The position numbers were made by a program, and so were the translations under genes. A DNA stretch of 63,941 nt, the filler included, from Globobulimina sp. (lineage: Eukaryota), in the NCBI GenBank assembly GCA_003354225.1. It is 11 parts of 11 records of this genome, joined end to end, with 100 filler letters (N's around TTAATTAATTAA, not from the genome) between each part and the next. Parts side by side here need not be neighbours in the genome. Positions count along the whole stretch, not along the records: positions 11,691 to 17,428 come from PIVH01000454.1; positions 17,529 to 23,253 come from PIVH01000455.1; positions 23,354 to 29,075 come from PIVH01000456.1; 8 more parts are not named here. The stretch is one strand, 5' to 3'. Below, one piece after another: positions 13,140 to 26,348 of this stretch. The notes under the pieces were generated by a model, which was not told the origin of the DNA, made no database searches, and saw nothing but the letters and a program-made list of their open reading frames with translations. Within the stretch, counting starts at the first letter, position 1; every line of letters starts with the position of its first letter.

Positions 13140-13517
13140 TTATACAGTGCCAAAACATAAACCGTCTTGAAATTCTGTTTCAAAATTTAATGCGCCGGCA
13201 AGAGTTGCAATTGACATTGAAATCCCTGCGAGAGGACAACATGTACAACAATTTAGACACATCATTAATGAAATTTTCCTTTTATCACTTTTATTTTCTT
13301 GTGATAACTTATTCAAATCATACAACGCTTTGGCCATTGTAATAGCTATAACAGCATATGAAAAATAAAAAGAAATGGACCATTTTTGCGATCTATCTCC
13401 AATTTTAATTCCTGCGCTTATTTGAATAATCATAATACATAAATCACTCAAAAACATCGCAATAAAACCAACCACACCAAAGACACAATATATTATGTTG
13501 ATGTAATATTGAGTCAA
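13140..13517 (-). CDS. Small hydrophobic membrane protein or fragment
   Basis: 125-aa ORF with 2-3 hydrophobic segments and no clear ATG. Confidence 0.35.
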   Translation of the reverse strand: MTQYYINIIYCVFGVVGFIAMFLSDLCIMIIQISAGIKIGDRSQKWSISFYFSYAVIAITMAKALYDLNKLSQENKSDKRKISLMMCLNCCTCCPLAGISMSIATLAGALNFETEFQDGLCFGTV

Positions 13518-13757
13518 TATTACATCATAATTGGATATTTTGATAATTTATTGTTCACATTTCGGGAAATTTGCATTTTGATCGTGTTATCTGTTTTAAA
13601 TCACATTTTGGATTGTGTGAATGTTCGAACGCATTATTTTACTGTTTAGAACAAGGTTTAAAATTTTCATCTGACTAACTCACTTTTTTTTATAAACTCA
13701 TATTTAAATTCTCAAAACATTCACATTTTCAACATTTTAATTTAATTTCTAAAAAAC

Positions 13758-16700
13758 ATGTCGCGCAGTGCCAAAAAAGCAACACCTGCAAGAAAACGAG
13801 CGACAAAACTAAAAAGTCGAGCAGTCACCTCCAAAAAACGCAAGAATCGAAACAAAACGAAGACAGTGAGGCCACGCAGATGGATCGGTTTGCCATTCAA
13901 ACATTTTGGCATTGGATTAGGTGTAAAAGGATCATGGCTATGTTTTTGTGATATTTATAACAATAAACTTGGATCTGATAAAAGTTAATTTTATTCAATA
14001 TTTATACACATAAATTAATTTATACGATATATAATTAACTACACAAATCAGGCACGAACAATGGCGCTCATATGAACATTCAAATTTATAATGCATTATT
14101 TTATGCTCGCAAAATCCCGCAATATATCAATGATGATGGCATAATAAATAAATTAACCGACGTAGAAACAGAATTATATAAAGAAAATATTAAGGAATTC
14201 TGCAGAAACTTCAATCAAACAATAAAATTTTTACAATCAAACATGGAATCTGTCACTGAATTTAATCATTTTTTATTCGATAAAACGCCACCAACATTCA
14301 TACCGAAATATGCACAGATTGCATTGAATAAAATATGCGATATTTCAGAAAAATTAGGATTTGTATTACCAAGAATTAATGAAGCAGCACATTTATTTGT
14401 TACCAATGCGGAACAACATCAAAACGAAAATGTGAAACAACAACGCAAAAAGAGCCAGACACAAAACAAAAACGCAAGCGATGATTCGTGTGATGATGAT
14501 ATTGACATTGAATGTAAATTGGAATCAGAAATATGTGAAAGCAATGGAAATGATGATAATAATGACAGTGATGTAGCCGCGAAAATATACGGCGACACAG
14601 TTGAAGGTATACATATATTATATAAATATCTTGTAATTTATATTGTTGTTGCTGTTGATATTGTAATTGATATTTATATCAAAATAAATAACTATATAAA
14701 TAACAATAACAATATAAAACAGATTGGAAGAAGCGAGTGCAACAAGGAAGAACTCAACAAAGTAGAATGAAACGTAAGTGGGAATTAACTAAAACCAGGG
14801 AATCACAATTAAAGATAGAAAATGACAGTTTACGGCATGAATTGGCCAAATTGCAAAATAAAAAAAGAAAAGAAACCGCGAAATCATTGAAAAAAGTGTA
14901 TGATACATTACCATCACAAGCACAGTCAACATTTTTGATGAGAACAATGAAACAAAACACATCATTTGTCGCCACCACTGTTACCACAGTTCCTTCATTA
15001 AAAAAAGCAGTGGCAGAAGCTGCAGAAATTCAAATGGCAAACACCGACAACGAACCAATTCACGCACACGATATGAGAAGACTAGTTATATACAATTCAA
15101 GTGGAAACAGTGGCATTTCTTTTAATTCCACTCAAGATTTGAGAAATTGTGAACAGAAACAATTAAATCGATTAAATCGTGATGGTAAAAGAAAAATTAC
15201 CCATTCCAAAAAGCAACATAATTCAAATATATTATCCAACGCAGAGAGACAAGCATTTACGAGACAATTATTTACAGCAAACCGCCCATTCAAGGTGGTT
15301 GACGATGTGTATGATGGCAAAGTTGCAGATGTCACATATGCAACCATTGAAAAGCCATTATTAGCCATAAAAGAATTCTTCCGCGAGTCGTGTATCAGTA
15401 ATATTTCGCAAGGACATTTCGATTATCATGTTAACGAACAATTATTTAAATTGAATGATACAGTTAGGAATCCATTACGTGAATCTCCGTTGTTATTAAA
15501 ATTCAAAATTGATTGTGGGCGCGGAAGGAATATATATCAAGATTCACATTTTGTATTAGGTTATATTCAAACGAATGGTTGGAAGCGAGGGGCGAGAGGC
15601 AAGACAAAAACATGTTTGCCACTGATTATAATAAAAGGCAATGATAGTGTTGGACGCAACAATCAATTGATTGATTTGAGCATTGAAGTGTTGCGTAAAT
15701 TTCATGAAATTGCGCGTTTAATTGAAATAAATTTTTTTGGTCAACAAATTAAATATGATTTTTCCGATACACTAATAATGGTATGTTTTTTTTAATTTTT
15801 ACGTACTTGATTGATATTGATATTGTTTAACAAACACATAGAATACTGGCGACCAGAAAACTATTCATCAACTACTTAGACATGGTACATCTTCGCAGAA
15901 ATATGCACATCCACAACTATCAATATTAACACCCTCAACAGCTGACCATGCATTGAATGGATATCAAATTGTTGGTGTAACTGCCGGTGACTATCAATCA
16001 TTGACTCACTATAATTGGTTAGAAAGACAGCACATTGAAAAGACCATCACCGCAGATGACCATCGACAGCAAAAATATTTAATTATAACGGATCACTCAT
16101 TTTTACAACAAACAATGAATGCGATTGAGACAGAATGCAGACTGCAACATCCTGATCAAACAGGACTGACTGAAAAAGAGAAAACAAAATTAACATTAAA
16201 TATTGCACAGTCCGAACCTTTTAACATTGGATTTTATGGTTTATGCGACAAACAAGAATTAGCTGTCATTTGCCTGTCGCCGTTACATTTTAAATTACGT
16301 GCCCAAATGGATGCGATTTTTTTATATATAAATGGAATACGTTTAATATATCATAAACAAGCAAATATTGATGAATTAATATGTGTATTGGATAGTATCG
16401 TGCCATATGATGCTGAGAGATTAAAAATAATGCATGAATCAAAAGTAACCCGCAATAAATGTATCAATAACTCATTGACTGGCGGGAAAACTGATTTGTG
16501 CTTGGATAAAATTGAAGAAATTGTTGCGTCGGTCAGTGAAACAATTAATGGTGGCGATATTATGGATGATTCGTGTCGATATTTTAATATGAGTTATTTG
16601 TTTTATATTAAAAAAATTGATTATTTATTATTATATATGTTGAAAAATGATGAAGATATCAAATATGACGATCCTCGGCTCGATGAATTCATTGATTTGG

Positions 16701-17428
16701 CGAATAAAACGTGGACGGATATTTGCAAACATTGTTGGTATTATGTCAAATACACAGTCGTTCAGATTTGTGTTCTTATGCCAAGGGCATGGAAGGAGTT
16801 AAAATATTACAATAAAATCAATAATACGAATATATTGGTCTCCGATATGTGTGATAATGTGATGGAACTCATGATTGGTTTAGTGAAATCTAAATTGAAT
16901 AACACGAGTAAATTAGCGGACCAATTACAATCATTACTTAAATCATTAATAATTGGAACTTTTGGTAATATGAAATATAATGTATATGATTTATGCGATG
17001 CTGCTTCAGCTGAAGCAAAATCAAGGGAATTTAAGCCAGTAAATTTAGATTTATTTGATGAAAAATGCAGAACAATCTATAAAGCAATGGAAGAAGGAAA
17101 TTATTTAGAATTTAGCAAATATAAATTGAATGGAAAAGCGAAGGAAATTGAAAAGGCAATACTATCAAATATAGAGGATGATGGTAATGTGATTACATGG
17201 GATGCATTTGAATTGATTCAAAAGGATATTGAAAAACAAAAAAATAATAAACAAAATGGAAATAATTCAAACAACAGTGATAATTCAAACAATAATAATA
17301 ACTCAAACTCATCGGAACATATAAGTGGAAGAGGTAGAGGTAGAGGTAGAGGTAGAGGTAGAGGTAGAGGTAGAGGTAGAGGTAGAGGTAGAGGTAGAGG
17401 TAGAGGTAGAGGTAGAGGTAGAGGTAGA
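13758..17428 (+). mobile_element. RAG1/Transib-like DDE transposase gene (4 exons, 3' end lost in an RG repeat at the contig end)
   Basis: Introns 13984-14051, 14607-14722 and 15781-15841 join four ORFs in frame. Motifs KFKIDCGRG, TGDQK, LSPLHFKLR, SLTGGK and DNVME. Basic NLS-like N-terminus. Confidence 0.6.
17330..17428 (+). repeat. (AGAGGT)n hexamer repeat encoding poly-RG
   Basis: About 16 perfect copies in frame at the contig end. Confidence 0.95.
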
Positions 17429-17528
17429 NNNNNNNNNNNNNNNNNNNNNNNNNNNNNNNNNNNNNNNNNNNNTTAATTAATTAANNNNNNNNNNNNNNNN
17501 NNNNNNNNNNNNNNNNNNNNNNNNNNNN

Positions 17529-18475
17529 AGTGTGTTTTTCGAGTTATTTGGGTAATAATATTGGTTGTTTTTGTGATGGTGCTGGACGGCCCGCTGTCGA
17601 ATGGCGCGTTGTTTGGCTTTTCTGTGTTGTCCTTTGTGGGCCGCCAAGGCCTGCCTTGCCATGAAACCTTGGCCGCATTGGTCGCAAATGTGAGTGTATG
17701 CGCTGCCGTGGCTGTCATGGCTGGGCCATTGGAAATGCGTCGCCAGCTGCGATTGGAGAGCGAGGTATGGGTTTATCTGCGTTGTGGGCGCTGTCATAGT
17801 GGGCGGCGGCGGAGATATGCTTTGTAACGGCGGGGGCGGCGGTAATGGTGTTACTGCGTTGTTGTTGTTGTCAGGCATGTCGATGTCCGGATGGTTGCTA
17901 TTTGTGGGATTGGTGGAGATTGGCAATGGCGGCGTGGGTGAAGGTGATGGTGGTTGCGGTTTGTGTGCGATTGGTGATTGTTGAGGAGTGGGTAGTTCAT
18001 TGTTGCCGTTTTGTTGAGGGAATGGTGCCAATAACTGGTTGTTCATAGATAATGGAAGCATAGATGTTGGCGGTTTGAGTGGTGATAATCTTTGCTTTTT
18101 CGGTGGTGGTTGGTTTGGATTTGGAGTATTTGTGATGCAATCGGATGGTGATGAGGATGTATATGTTTTTGGTTGATTATTATTTTGGAGTTCTTGTAAT
18201 TTTCGTTTGCGTGGAATGATGAGACGTATTTTTTTTATTTTTGTTTTGGTGGACGTGGACTGTGAATGTTGGTTCACATTGTATTGGTAGGCGGGTTTTG
18301 GTGGGACATGACTTGCTTTGTTTATTCCATTCTGAATCTGATGATGGTTTAAATGCGGCGGATGTTGCGATGGTGGATGCTTAGTTAAAGTGTGTGGTGC
18401 TCCATTGTTAGGCGGTTTAGGTTCAACTGAAAGCTTGACACCTTCAAAAATGTCACCTCGATGCTGTTGAGCCAT
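17529..18475 (-). CDS. Pro/Gln-rich protein with a C2H2 zinc finger (putative transcription factor), 3' end truncated
   Basis: HICDQCGQGFMARQALAAHKGQH; NLS-like RKRK and PKKQR. Confidence 0.75.
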
Positions 18476-18773
18476 TGGAAACGTGCGCGTTGAGGGAGGG
18501 ATAGGATGAGTTTAATGCAGTGATATTTGCTAAATTTGAGGGATTTTATTTATTTTTTTGTACACGGATATGCTCTGTTTGAGGGGGCATCAAAATATTC
18601 AAGAACAGCAATAGTAAAATAAGATAGGGGGAATGGTGCAAATACCTTTTGTTTTTTTTATAAAAACCGAACTTTTTTGCGTAATGTTCACAAAGGCATG
18701 GTGCGATTGAGTAAAAAAGGTGAACAAAGTTTTATTTTAAAAAAACGTTTTATTGCACGCGCAGCATAATTAA

Positions 18774-19448
18774 ATGGCAGCTGTACTCATCCAACCTCCG
18801 CCTAAATCAGCACAGTCCATCAGATCGAACAGTTTGGTGCAAAGCCAGAATAATAAAAAACGACTCAGAAAAAGTAAAAACAAGAAACCAAACCATAAGT
18901 TATCGCGCAAACATATACCAACTAGCTACTCCCACTTAATTGCGTTTGATTTCGATCAAACCCTATCATGCTGTCAAGTTTTTTATGGTACAAATCGCAG
19001 CGCGTTGGATTTGTTTGGTGGTAAAAATAGGGTGCAATTAATTGATAAATTTCTACATTATTTACGCGCGGAAGCTGCTAAAAATGGCTATAGCTATCGT
19101 ATTATTATAATTTCATATAATTTTACAAGTATTATCAGTCAACGATTGAGGGAATTAAATTTATTTCATCATTTTGAGCAAATATATGATCGATACGCGG
19201 TGAATAAATATGGTGGATATAAAAAAGGAAAAGGAAATTTATTGAGAATGTTAGCGAAAAAATGGAAGGTTAATTTTGGTAAAAATACGCTAATTATTGA
19301 TGATTGCGAGGATGTAATTTGGTACTCTCAGTGCCAAACTGTACACGTTTCTCATTTTAGGGGTATGTATAAATTCGAAATGGAACAAGTTTGCAGGAAA
19401 ATAAAAATTGATATTCCTGCATTTGTATTACCCAGAAATTATTCATAA
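18774..19448 (+). CDS. HAD-superfamily phosphatase
   Basis: Motif I AFDFDQT, motif II IIIS, a conserved Lys, motif IV LIIDD. Confidence 0.75.
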   Translation: MAAVLIQPPPKSAQSIRSNSLVQSQNNKKRLRKSKNKKPNHKLSRKHIPTSYSHLIAFDFDQTLSCCQVFYGTNRSALDLFGGKNRVQLIDKFLHYLRAEAAKNGYSYRIIIISYNFTSIISQRLRELNLFHHFEQIYDRYAVNKYGGYKKGKGNLLRMLAKKWKVNFGKNTLIIDDCEDVIWYSQCQTVHVSHFRGMYKFEMEQVCRKIKIDIPAFVLPRNYS

Positions 19449-19788
19449 AAAATATAGACTATTGACCAACATCAACATGGTTTTTTTTTTCTGTTTGTTT
19501 TCAAATATTGTATAGCATATTTTTTTTGTATGTTAAAATTAATATTATTTCTGTTTGCTTTGACTTTTTTCTAAGTATTATGTGATTCTTTTGAGTGTGT
19601 TTCTAAGTATTATTGTTGTAATTTTTTGTTTAGACATTAACTTCACTCTATCTTTGAACGTGTAGCCACTATGACTATGTTCGATATTTTCGTAATACGC
19701 ACATCCAAAACAGCGTACAGTAATGAAAGAAATATATGACACAATATTAATTAAAAAAAAAAATGTCAGCAAAAAAATTAGAAAAACG

Positions 19789-21603
19789 TCATCCTTGCAA
19801 TCTCCTTAACACACACAAAAAGTTTAACTTATCAACAATTTCGTCTCTAATTTGCGCATTTGGCATTTGAAATGTTTTTGTTTTTGTGCTGGTACTCGGA
19901 TTATTATAGGTAATGGTAAACCGATTATGATGTTTTTGATGGCCGTTACATTTCTCCGTTGCAAACACACAGACAATATCTTGTATAGCTATCGGTACTT
20001 TCATCTGATTTCTATTCTTCGATGAAAACACATTCGAAGTCTCCAGTGACGTCTTCACAAATCGATACCTATCAATCTCCAATAAAAACGCTTTCTTTTT
20101 TGATGTGCGATACTTATCAATCTGATAAAAAACACAATTCATATCTTTACAAACCACATTGAACTATCAACACAACGCCAAGTTGTACATATATACGTTT
20201 TTGGCAATGTATTAAAACAAAAAAGTATTTAAAAACCAACACATATTATCTCTGTATACCATGTACAAACATGCGTTGCTTTGGAAACGTATTAAGTATA
20301 AAAATATGAATATAGTAACCTTAAACGCCTTATATTGTTTACATTCGTTTGCTAATTTCACTAATTCAAATTGAAAGGCTTCCTGTTCGTTGATATCACC
20401 CATCGAATTGGATAAGATCTTGGGCAAAATCATCAATTCCTTATGCAACAAATCGCAAACACGCACCCCGTTACTTATAGAACCATACTGTTTCGTGGCA
20501 TGTTTGTAATAAAAATCAAAATATAAACTATTAAACGTATCAGATTTGCGTTTCCGATTCAACAAAACAAACAAATCCCGCAAAGTCTTGCTTTCTTCAT
20601 CGTGTTTGTGGATGGATAGCAACGCCGAACTCTCACGCATCGGTCCCGGGACATATACGCGTATAAATATGGCCTTATTTTCCTGTTCCAACTGTTCCAT
20701 TGTCTGAGCGCGTTTGCGTGCGGCTTGCAAGTGAACCACTTCTTTTTTTTTGGCTGTTGGCGGGGGATTAATAGCTAAGAAATTGACGGTTTTTGCACGC
20801 AAAATACCCGCAATGCAGCACATGACCATATGCACGGTTTGCGGCCGCGATGTTTTCTCCATAAAGTTACAGATTTTGGCACTGCGAAGCAGCGGCGGGT
20901 CCAATTCATCTTCGTCTAAATTGGTATCATTCATATCGTCCTCGTCCAGAGCTCGCAATTCATACTCAAACGCGTTGTAAGAACGTAATCTTTTGAGTGG
21001 ATGCATGGTCTCAAATTTATGAATGGTTTGGTTGATGACCTGTGCGACGGTCATATTTTCGTCAAAGATACGAAAGGATACTGATATTTTACGGTCAAAC
21101 TCAAATTCAGCGAATAATATGGAAATGGCAATGTTGATATGCGTTGAGAGCAGTTTTTGTTTTTGTGAGTGGATGTGGCCTGTAATGGGGTTATGATTTG
21201 ATTTCTGTTCAATTGGATCAATGATTATCGATAAAGCGGATTTTGATGTGGTGGGCGACATTAATTGTAATGCATTCATATCGACTTTCTCAAAACTCAT
21301 TATGTTTATAGTGCTGTTGTCAGTGTTATTGTTGTTGTTAGCGGCTGTCACTGAATATGACATTGGTTGGTTGTATGGCATTACTTCATCGCCATAGTCG
21401 TCTTCTGAAGTGTATTGGTGGTATGTATGGTGGCTTAATGGCGTGGATGTGTTGTACTTGTAATCAAAGTCACTGTCACTCAGTTTACGATTAGTTTGTG
21501 TGATGTGGCTGAAGTTGGAATTGTGCTTCGTATTTTGTCCACCATTCATGAAAGAATCAGGGAGAACAGATTGTTGTATGACTTCTGTTGAAACAGTGAT
21601 CAT
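19789..21603 (-). CDS. SIN1: TORC2 subunit SIN1/Avo1-like protein (CRIM plus C-terminal PH domain)
   Basis: CRIM-like YELRALDEDD...DPPL...I. PH-like YKAFK|IDKY...EIVDKLNFL joined by an intron at about 20122-20319. Confidence 0.65.
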
Positions 21604-21650
21604 GTTTACAACTGAAAAATCTTACTTTAAAATGCTTAAATCATCAATTA

Positions 21651-23018
21651 ATGGCAAAGCCAGCTGTTGAATCAAAAGAAAATATTGCTGCCAAGTTAGA
21701 ATGGGATAAAATACCACGTATATTCCACCGATCGTTATTGGGATTAGCGAGTGCGAATGATAAGGATGCATTTGAGAGTTTAATTGAGGCCATTAATGCA
21801 TTTGAAATTGATCAGATATTATCGTGGCAATTTGCTATCCGTAAACAGCAACAAGGTTTGTATACATTGCATGCATCGATTCATGCATAAAAAATATCAC
21901 AATGACAGCAATGACACAATCACCGCAAGTGTCAGGTGTACTTATTTTATTGTTTATGGTAATAATGAATACGTATAAACACAGTAGATAGCAATCGTAT
22001 GATGGATACCTGTCTACTTAAGACGAAAAGTAGCATCATTTGTTTTGGAGACTATGGTAAAAAGAAAAGAAACTTCGGGGACAAAGGATATCTGTATGGC
22101 AACGCAATATGTCTCAAATCGAATAGAAACGGATCTAAGAAATGTACATTTATGCTCAGCGGACACTCAATATATAGCCCGGACCAATATGTAGCATCAT
22201 CGATTGATTTTAAATTGGATGATCTAACATTCACACTCCATTTCCATGCAAACAAAATGCATCAAAATGCAACTCGCGTTGCAGTGACACGATTGCGTGA
22301 TTTAGCGGTTATTGCTATGGATGAAAGCGAAGTGGATGACGTGTTTGTGGCTGCACTTGGGCGGTATGGGCCGACTGAGCGAGGACGGAAACCGAGCGTA
22401 GGTGACAAAGTAGCAATGGTTACCTATGGAAACAAACATTGTTGGAGCAAGCATTTGCAATATGCGTCGGTTACGTATAGCGGGGATTGCTTTTTTATGT
22501 TAGACAAGGATTTGGTCGATGGTGTGTCTGGAAGTCCAGTATTTGACGCAAAGCAGTGTCTGATTGGTATTGTATCGTTTAGCTCTATCTGGAGGATGGT
22601 TGTATTCCGCGTGGATTCTGAGGTTGATTTTAAACAATTACGGCTATTCCCTCAAGTGATGGAAAGCATACTTGTTAACAAAAGAAAAAAAGTCCGTCAA
22701 GTTTAGTATATTTTTTTATATATTAATATAAGTTGATATTAGTATGCAATGACTCGTATACATGTACAGGTTATTGATGCAACAGAAAAAATGCAAAGGT
22801 TAGGAGTCAAATATGAAGAAAGGAAAGGTGATGAGGTCAGTGATGATGAGGCCAGTTATGAGGAGATCAGTGATGAGGAGGTCAGTGATGAGGAGGTCAG
22901 TGATGATGCGGTCAGTGATGATGAGGAGGAGAATGGTGCTGAATGTTTATCGCAATCATCAACAACGTCAACATTTTTAACGCAATCATTCGACGAAAAT
23001 AAGATTATTTTTAGATAA
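21651..23018 (+). CDS. Multi-exon trypsin-like (S1) peptidase with an acidic repetitive tail
   Basis: SGHSI, DLAVI and GVSGSPVF form a candidate H-D-S triad. Flanking exons have GT-AG boundaries. No signal peptide. Confidence 0.6.
22832..22930 (+). repeat. 15-bp coding tandem repeat (SDEEV-like)
   Basis: Repeated gtcagtgatgaggag variants. Confidence 0.85.
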
Positions 23019-23690
23019 TATCCTTCTAAATTACATTGTTATTGTTATTGTTTCGTTATTTTGTTTCGCCGATTTGTTTCATTGTTTCATTCATATTCGT
23101 TTTTTGCATTGTTTCCGTGTTGTGGAATATGTATTTAACTTTTTTGGCTTAGTTTCGTTTCATTTCATTTCAACGATTGACTAAGTTTTTAGCTAGCAAC
23201 AGAGTTTTTACATCGAATTATAAAAGCAAATAGAGGATATATTATGTATTGTTNNNNNNNNNNNNNNNNNNNNNNNNNNNNNNNNNNNNNNNNNNNNTTA
23301 ATTAATTAANNNNNNNNNNNNNNNNNNNNNNNNNNNNNNNNNNNNNNNNNNNNTTGAGGCTGCTGATGGAAACGATGACATCCATGTTTCATATCGATGT
23401 TATGGTTGCGACAATATGGTAACGTGTAATAATAACGATATTAAACATATAAAATATAGCTTAAACCGCTGCATTGTTATTAAAAAAACTGAGGACTTTA
23501 AGTGATAAAATGGATAAACACCCCGGCCTAATTTTGTTTATAGTGTATCGGCAAATTATCTATTTTTATAATTATGAATGCAGCAGCTTAAGTCAAGAGA
23601 GAGTAAAAGGATTGCTAAGCAAGTCGTAGGGTTCAATAACTTTAAATCGATGATTTCTGATTTTGCCATCGCTGTCATTCCTGAACGGTG

Positions 23691-25183
23691 TCAGTGAGAG
23701 GCAGAATTAAAAATAACAATGGAATTATGCATTCCAGCAATAACAGCACAAGGCTGCAAGTCAGGCAATTTATCACATTTTACTTTTGTTGGTTTCGCAG
23801 CTCTACCAATTTTTAATCCAGATTTAAAATGTTGATTGGATCCATGACTATAGATCTTATTATCTTGTCCAATTAGTATGACATGGTTATACCCACAGCT
23901 TAAATCTTTAAATAGGTTATCTTTTATATCACATTCCCATTTTGTAATATTTACTCTCTCCAATGTTGAAACAATCATTTTACCGAATCCCCCATAATAT
24001 CCTGTATTTGTTAAATAAACAGTAAATGACTCACCACACTCCGCTTTAACTATTGTTTCCGAGATAAATATCATCATTGGGGCGGCTATAACGACCGATA
24101 CTTGCCCCATGTCTTGCGACTGTGAACATTGTTTGTTATCATTCAATCCAAAACACCATAAATTCCCACCGGAATCCACTGCGCAAGAATGGTATTCCCC
24201 ACAATCTATGGCTGTAATTTTAATATTTTCCTCAATAAATGCTGTTATAATCTTCAATTTATTCTCTCGCGATGATAAATAGCCCAAACCACATTGGCCA
24301 TTGTTGTTATTCCCATAGGAATATACTGTTCCATTATCCACCAAAAATAATGAATGCAATAAACCACATTCAATCCATGTTATACTTTGAAATGAATTGT
24401 AATTATATCAACTACAAATATTGAATATATTACGTACCTTAAATGTTTGTTTATGGCTAAATCATCAAACAAATGTTTAATAAATACGCGTTTCCATTCG
24501 CCCATATCACTCATTGTCAGCGAGGACATATAAATCGAGCCATTGGTTAATTTAATTATTACATCATTACTATACATTGAATTTGATATTAATTCGATTT
24601 GTTGTTTCTGATCTACAAAATTAAAATATTTATAAAACGAGGTTATGTGTTTCAAATGGTAGTTATTGTCATTGTCATCAGTTTCATTTAAACACAATCC
24701 ATCAAATAAATTGCTACCAACACCATATATCTCTGAAACATATGATTTTATAAAATATTTATTGTGACCACGGTAAATATTATCCAATGATGATAGTTTT
24801 GGTTCAAATAAATACAATCGTTCAAACTCTGAAATTTCACTGTTTGACATCAAATTTTTACCAATTCCGTACACGCGAAAATATCTTGGCAGAAAGGATA
24901 ATATAAGGGATGTAATGGTGGATGTAATTCGATAAAATGATTTATTTTCGGCATGCATATGGCTTTGATATAATAATTTCTGCATTTGATGAATATATGA
25001 TTGCGTTATTGAAATTCGGTAATTTTTATATGTTTTTCGTACGTGTTGAGAATTATCAATTGTTGGCACTGATGTTTGACGCACAATATTATCCTGTTTA
25101 TCTTTTGATTGATTCAGAGTAACACCTGATTGTATTTGCTCATAATTTGTTGCATCACCAACAACTGCTGCACAAGTACCCAT
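23691..25183 (-). CDS. RCC1/BLIP-II repeat protein, possibly N-myristoylated (MGTC)
   Basis: HSLFL..GTVYSYGNNNNGQCGLG and CGEYHS repeats. One short intron near 24388-24437. Confidence 0.8.
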
Positions 25184-25408
25184 CGGCTATATTCTTACAA
25201 GCAAAAAACTTTTCGACCAGGTGGGGACGGGTTATCTTTTGGACAATATCGTTCACACAAAATATGATATCACAGTAATCACACTCAAGAAACCAAAATA
25301 CGTGAATAGTGATTTGATTTGATTTGTTCACACAAACTCACAAAAAACAAAAAAAAATGGTGTAGAATGGAAAGATTTAAAAGATAGAAATACAAATTAA
25401 AGAATGAT

Positions 25409-26029
25409 TTAATTACATGCACATTTGCTGGATGACTCAGGGGCTGACTTGGATTTATCTAAACCCACAGCGCGGATATTACTCTTTTCAGTGACTCGCG
25501 TATTTGTAATAACAATGTCCTGTGCCAATGTCACGAAAGCTTCATAAACATTAATGTCATTTTTCGCGGATGTTTCGAAAAATTTTATTCCATATTCATT
25601 TGATAATTCTTGCGCCCGGTTTTTTGAAATTACGCGTTCATCATTGCAATCACATTTGTTTCCAATCAACATTTTGTGCACATTTTGCGTAGCATGTTGC
25701 TCAATGTTCCGCATCCAATTGCGTATATTTAAAAAGCTTTGTTCGTCGGTCAGGTCATACACCAAAAGCACTCCCATGGCGCCGCGGTAATAGGCCGTGG
25801 TTATTGTCCTGAACCTTTCCTGTCCGGCGGTGTCCCATATCTGTAATTTTACTCTTTGACCGTCAATTTCAACGGTTTTTAATTTGAAATCGATACCTAT
25901 TGTTGTAATGAAGTTGGTACTGAAAGAATCATCACTAAACCGCAATAATAAGCAACTTTTGCCTACTCCGGAATCTCCAATCATTAAAAGCTTCACTAAA
26001 TGATCATATGCTGAATGACGTGCTGCCAT
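25409..26029 (-). CDS. RAB8: Rab8/Sec4 small GTPase, intronless
   Basis: [50 protein letters not shown]-terminal CACN. Confidence 0.93.
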   Translation of the reverse strand: MAARHSAYDHLVKLLMIGDSGVGKSCLLLRFSDDSFSTNFITTIGIDFKLKTVEIDGQRVKLQIWDTAGQERFRTITTAYYRGAMGVLLVYDLTDEQSFLNIRNWMRNIEQHATQNVHKMLIGNKCDCNDERVISKNRAQELSNEYGIKFFETSAKNDINVYEAFVTLAQDIVITNTRVTEKSNIRAVGLDKSKSAPESSSKCACN

Positions 26030-26348
26030 CGTGTATATGATGTAGTGTCCACTTGATTTTTTGTTCTACTTCTGTAACGAAAGTATTATTCTAAACTGTT
26101 TTTTTTTTGTTTTCTTTGATAGCTATTTTATATTTATAGAGGTGAGTCCGATTATGATATAATTGCCGCTATTTCTGCAGTCTGCAGCTGAATTACAACT
26201 ATTAAGGATTTAGAATGAATTTCATTTAATTTTGAATGGTTTTTGATGCATTTTTTTTGTTACGTGTTTTGAGCTTACACAAGTTAAATAGTCAAATTTT
26301 CAATAGTCAAATATTTTAATAACCTCGCGTGCAACATTCAAAATAACA

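Noticed and set aside
17330-17428. (TAGAGG)n as a telomere
   Set aside because: It is in frame with the ORF as poly-RG, similar RG tracts occur in other genes, and no other contig end has it.
15953-18475. Transposase and C2H2 gene as one two-gene element (RAG1/RAG2-like convergent pair)
   Set aside because: They are on different contigs separated by an artificial spacer.
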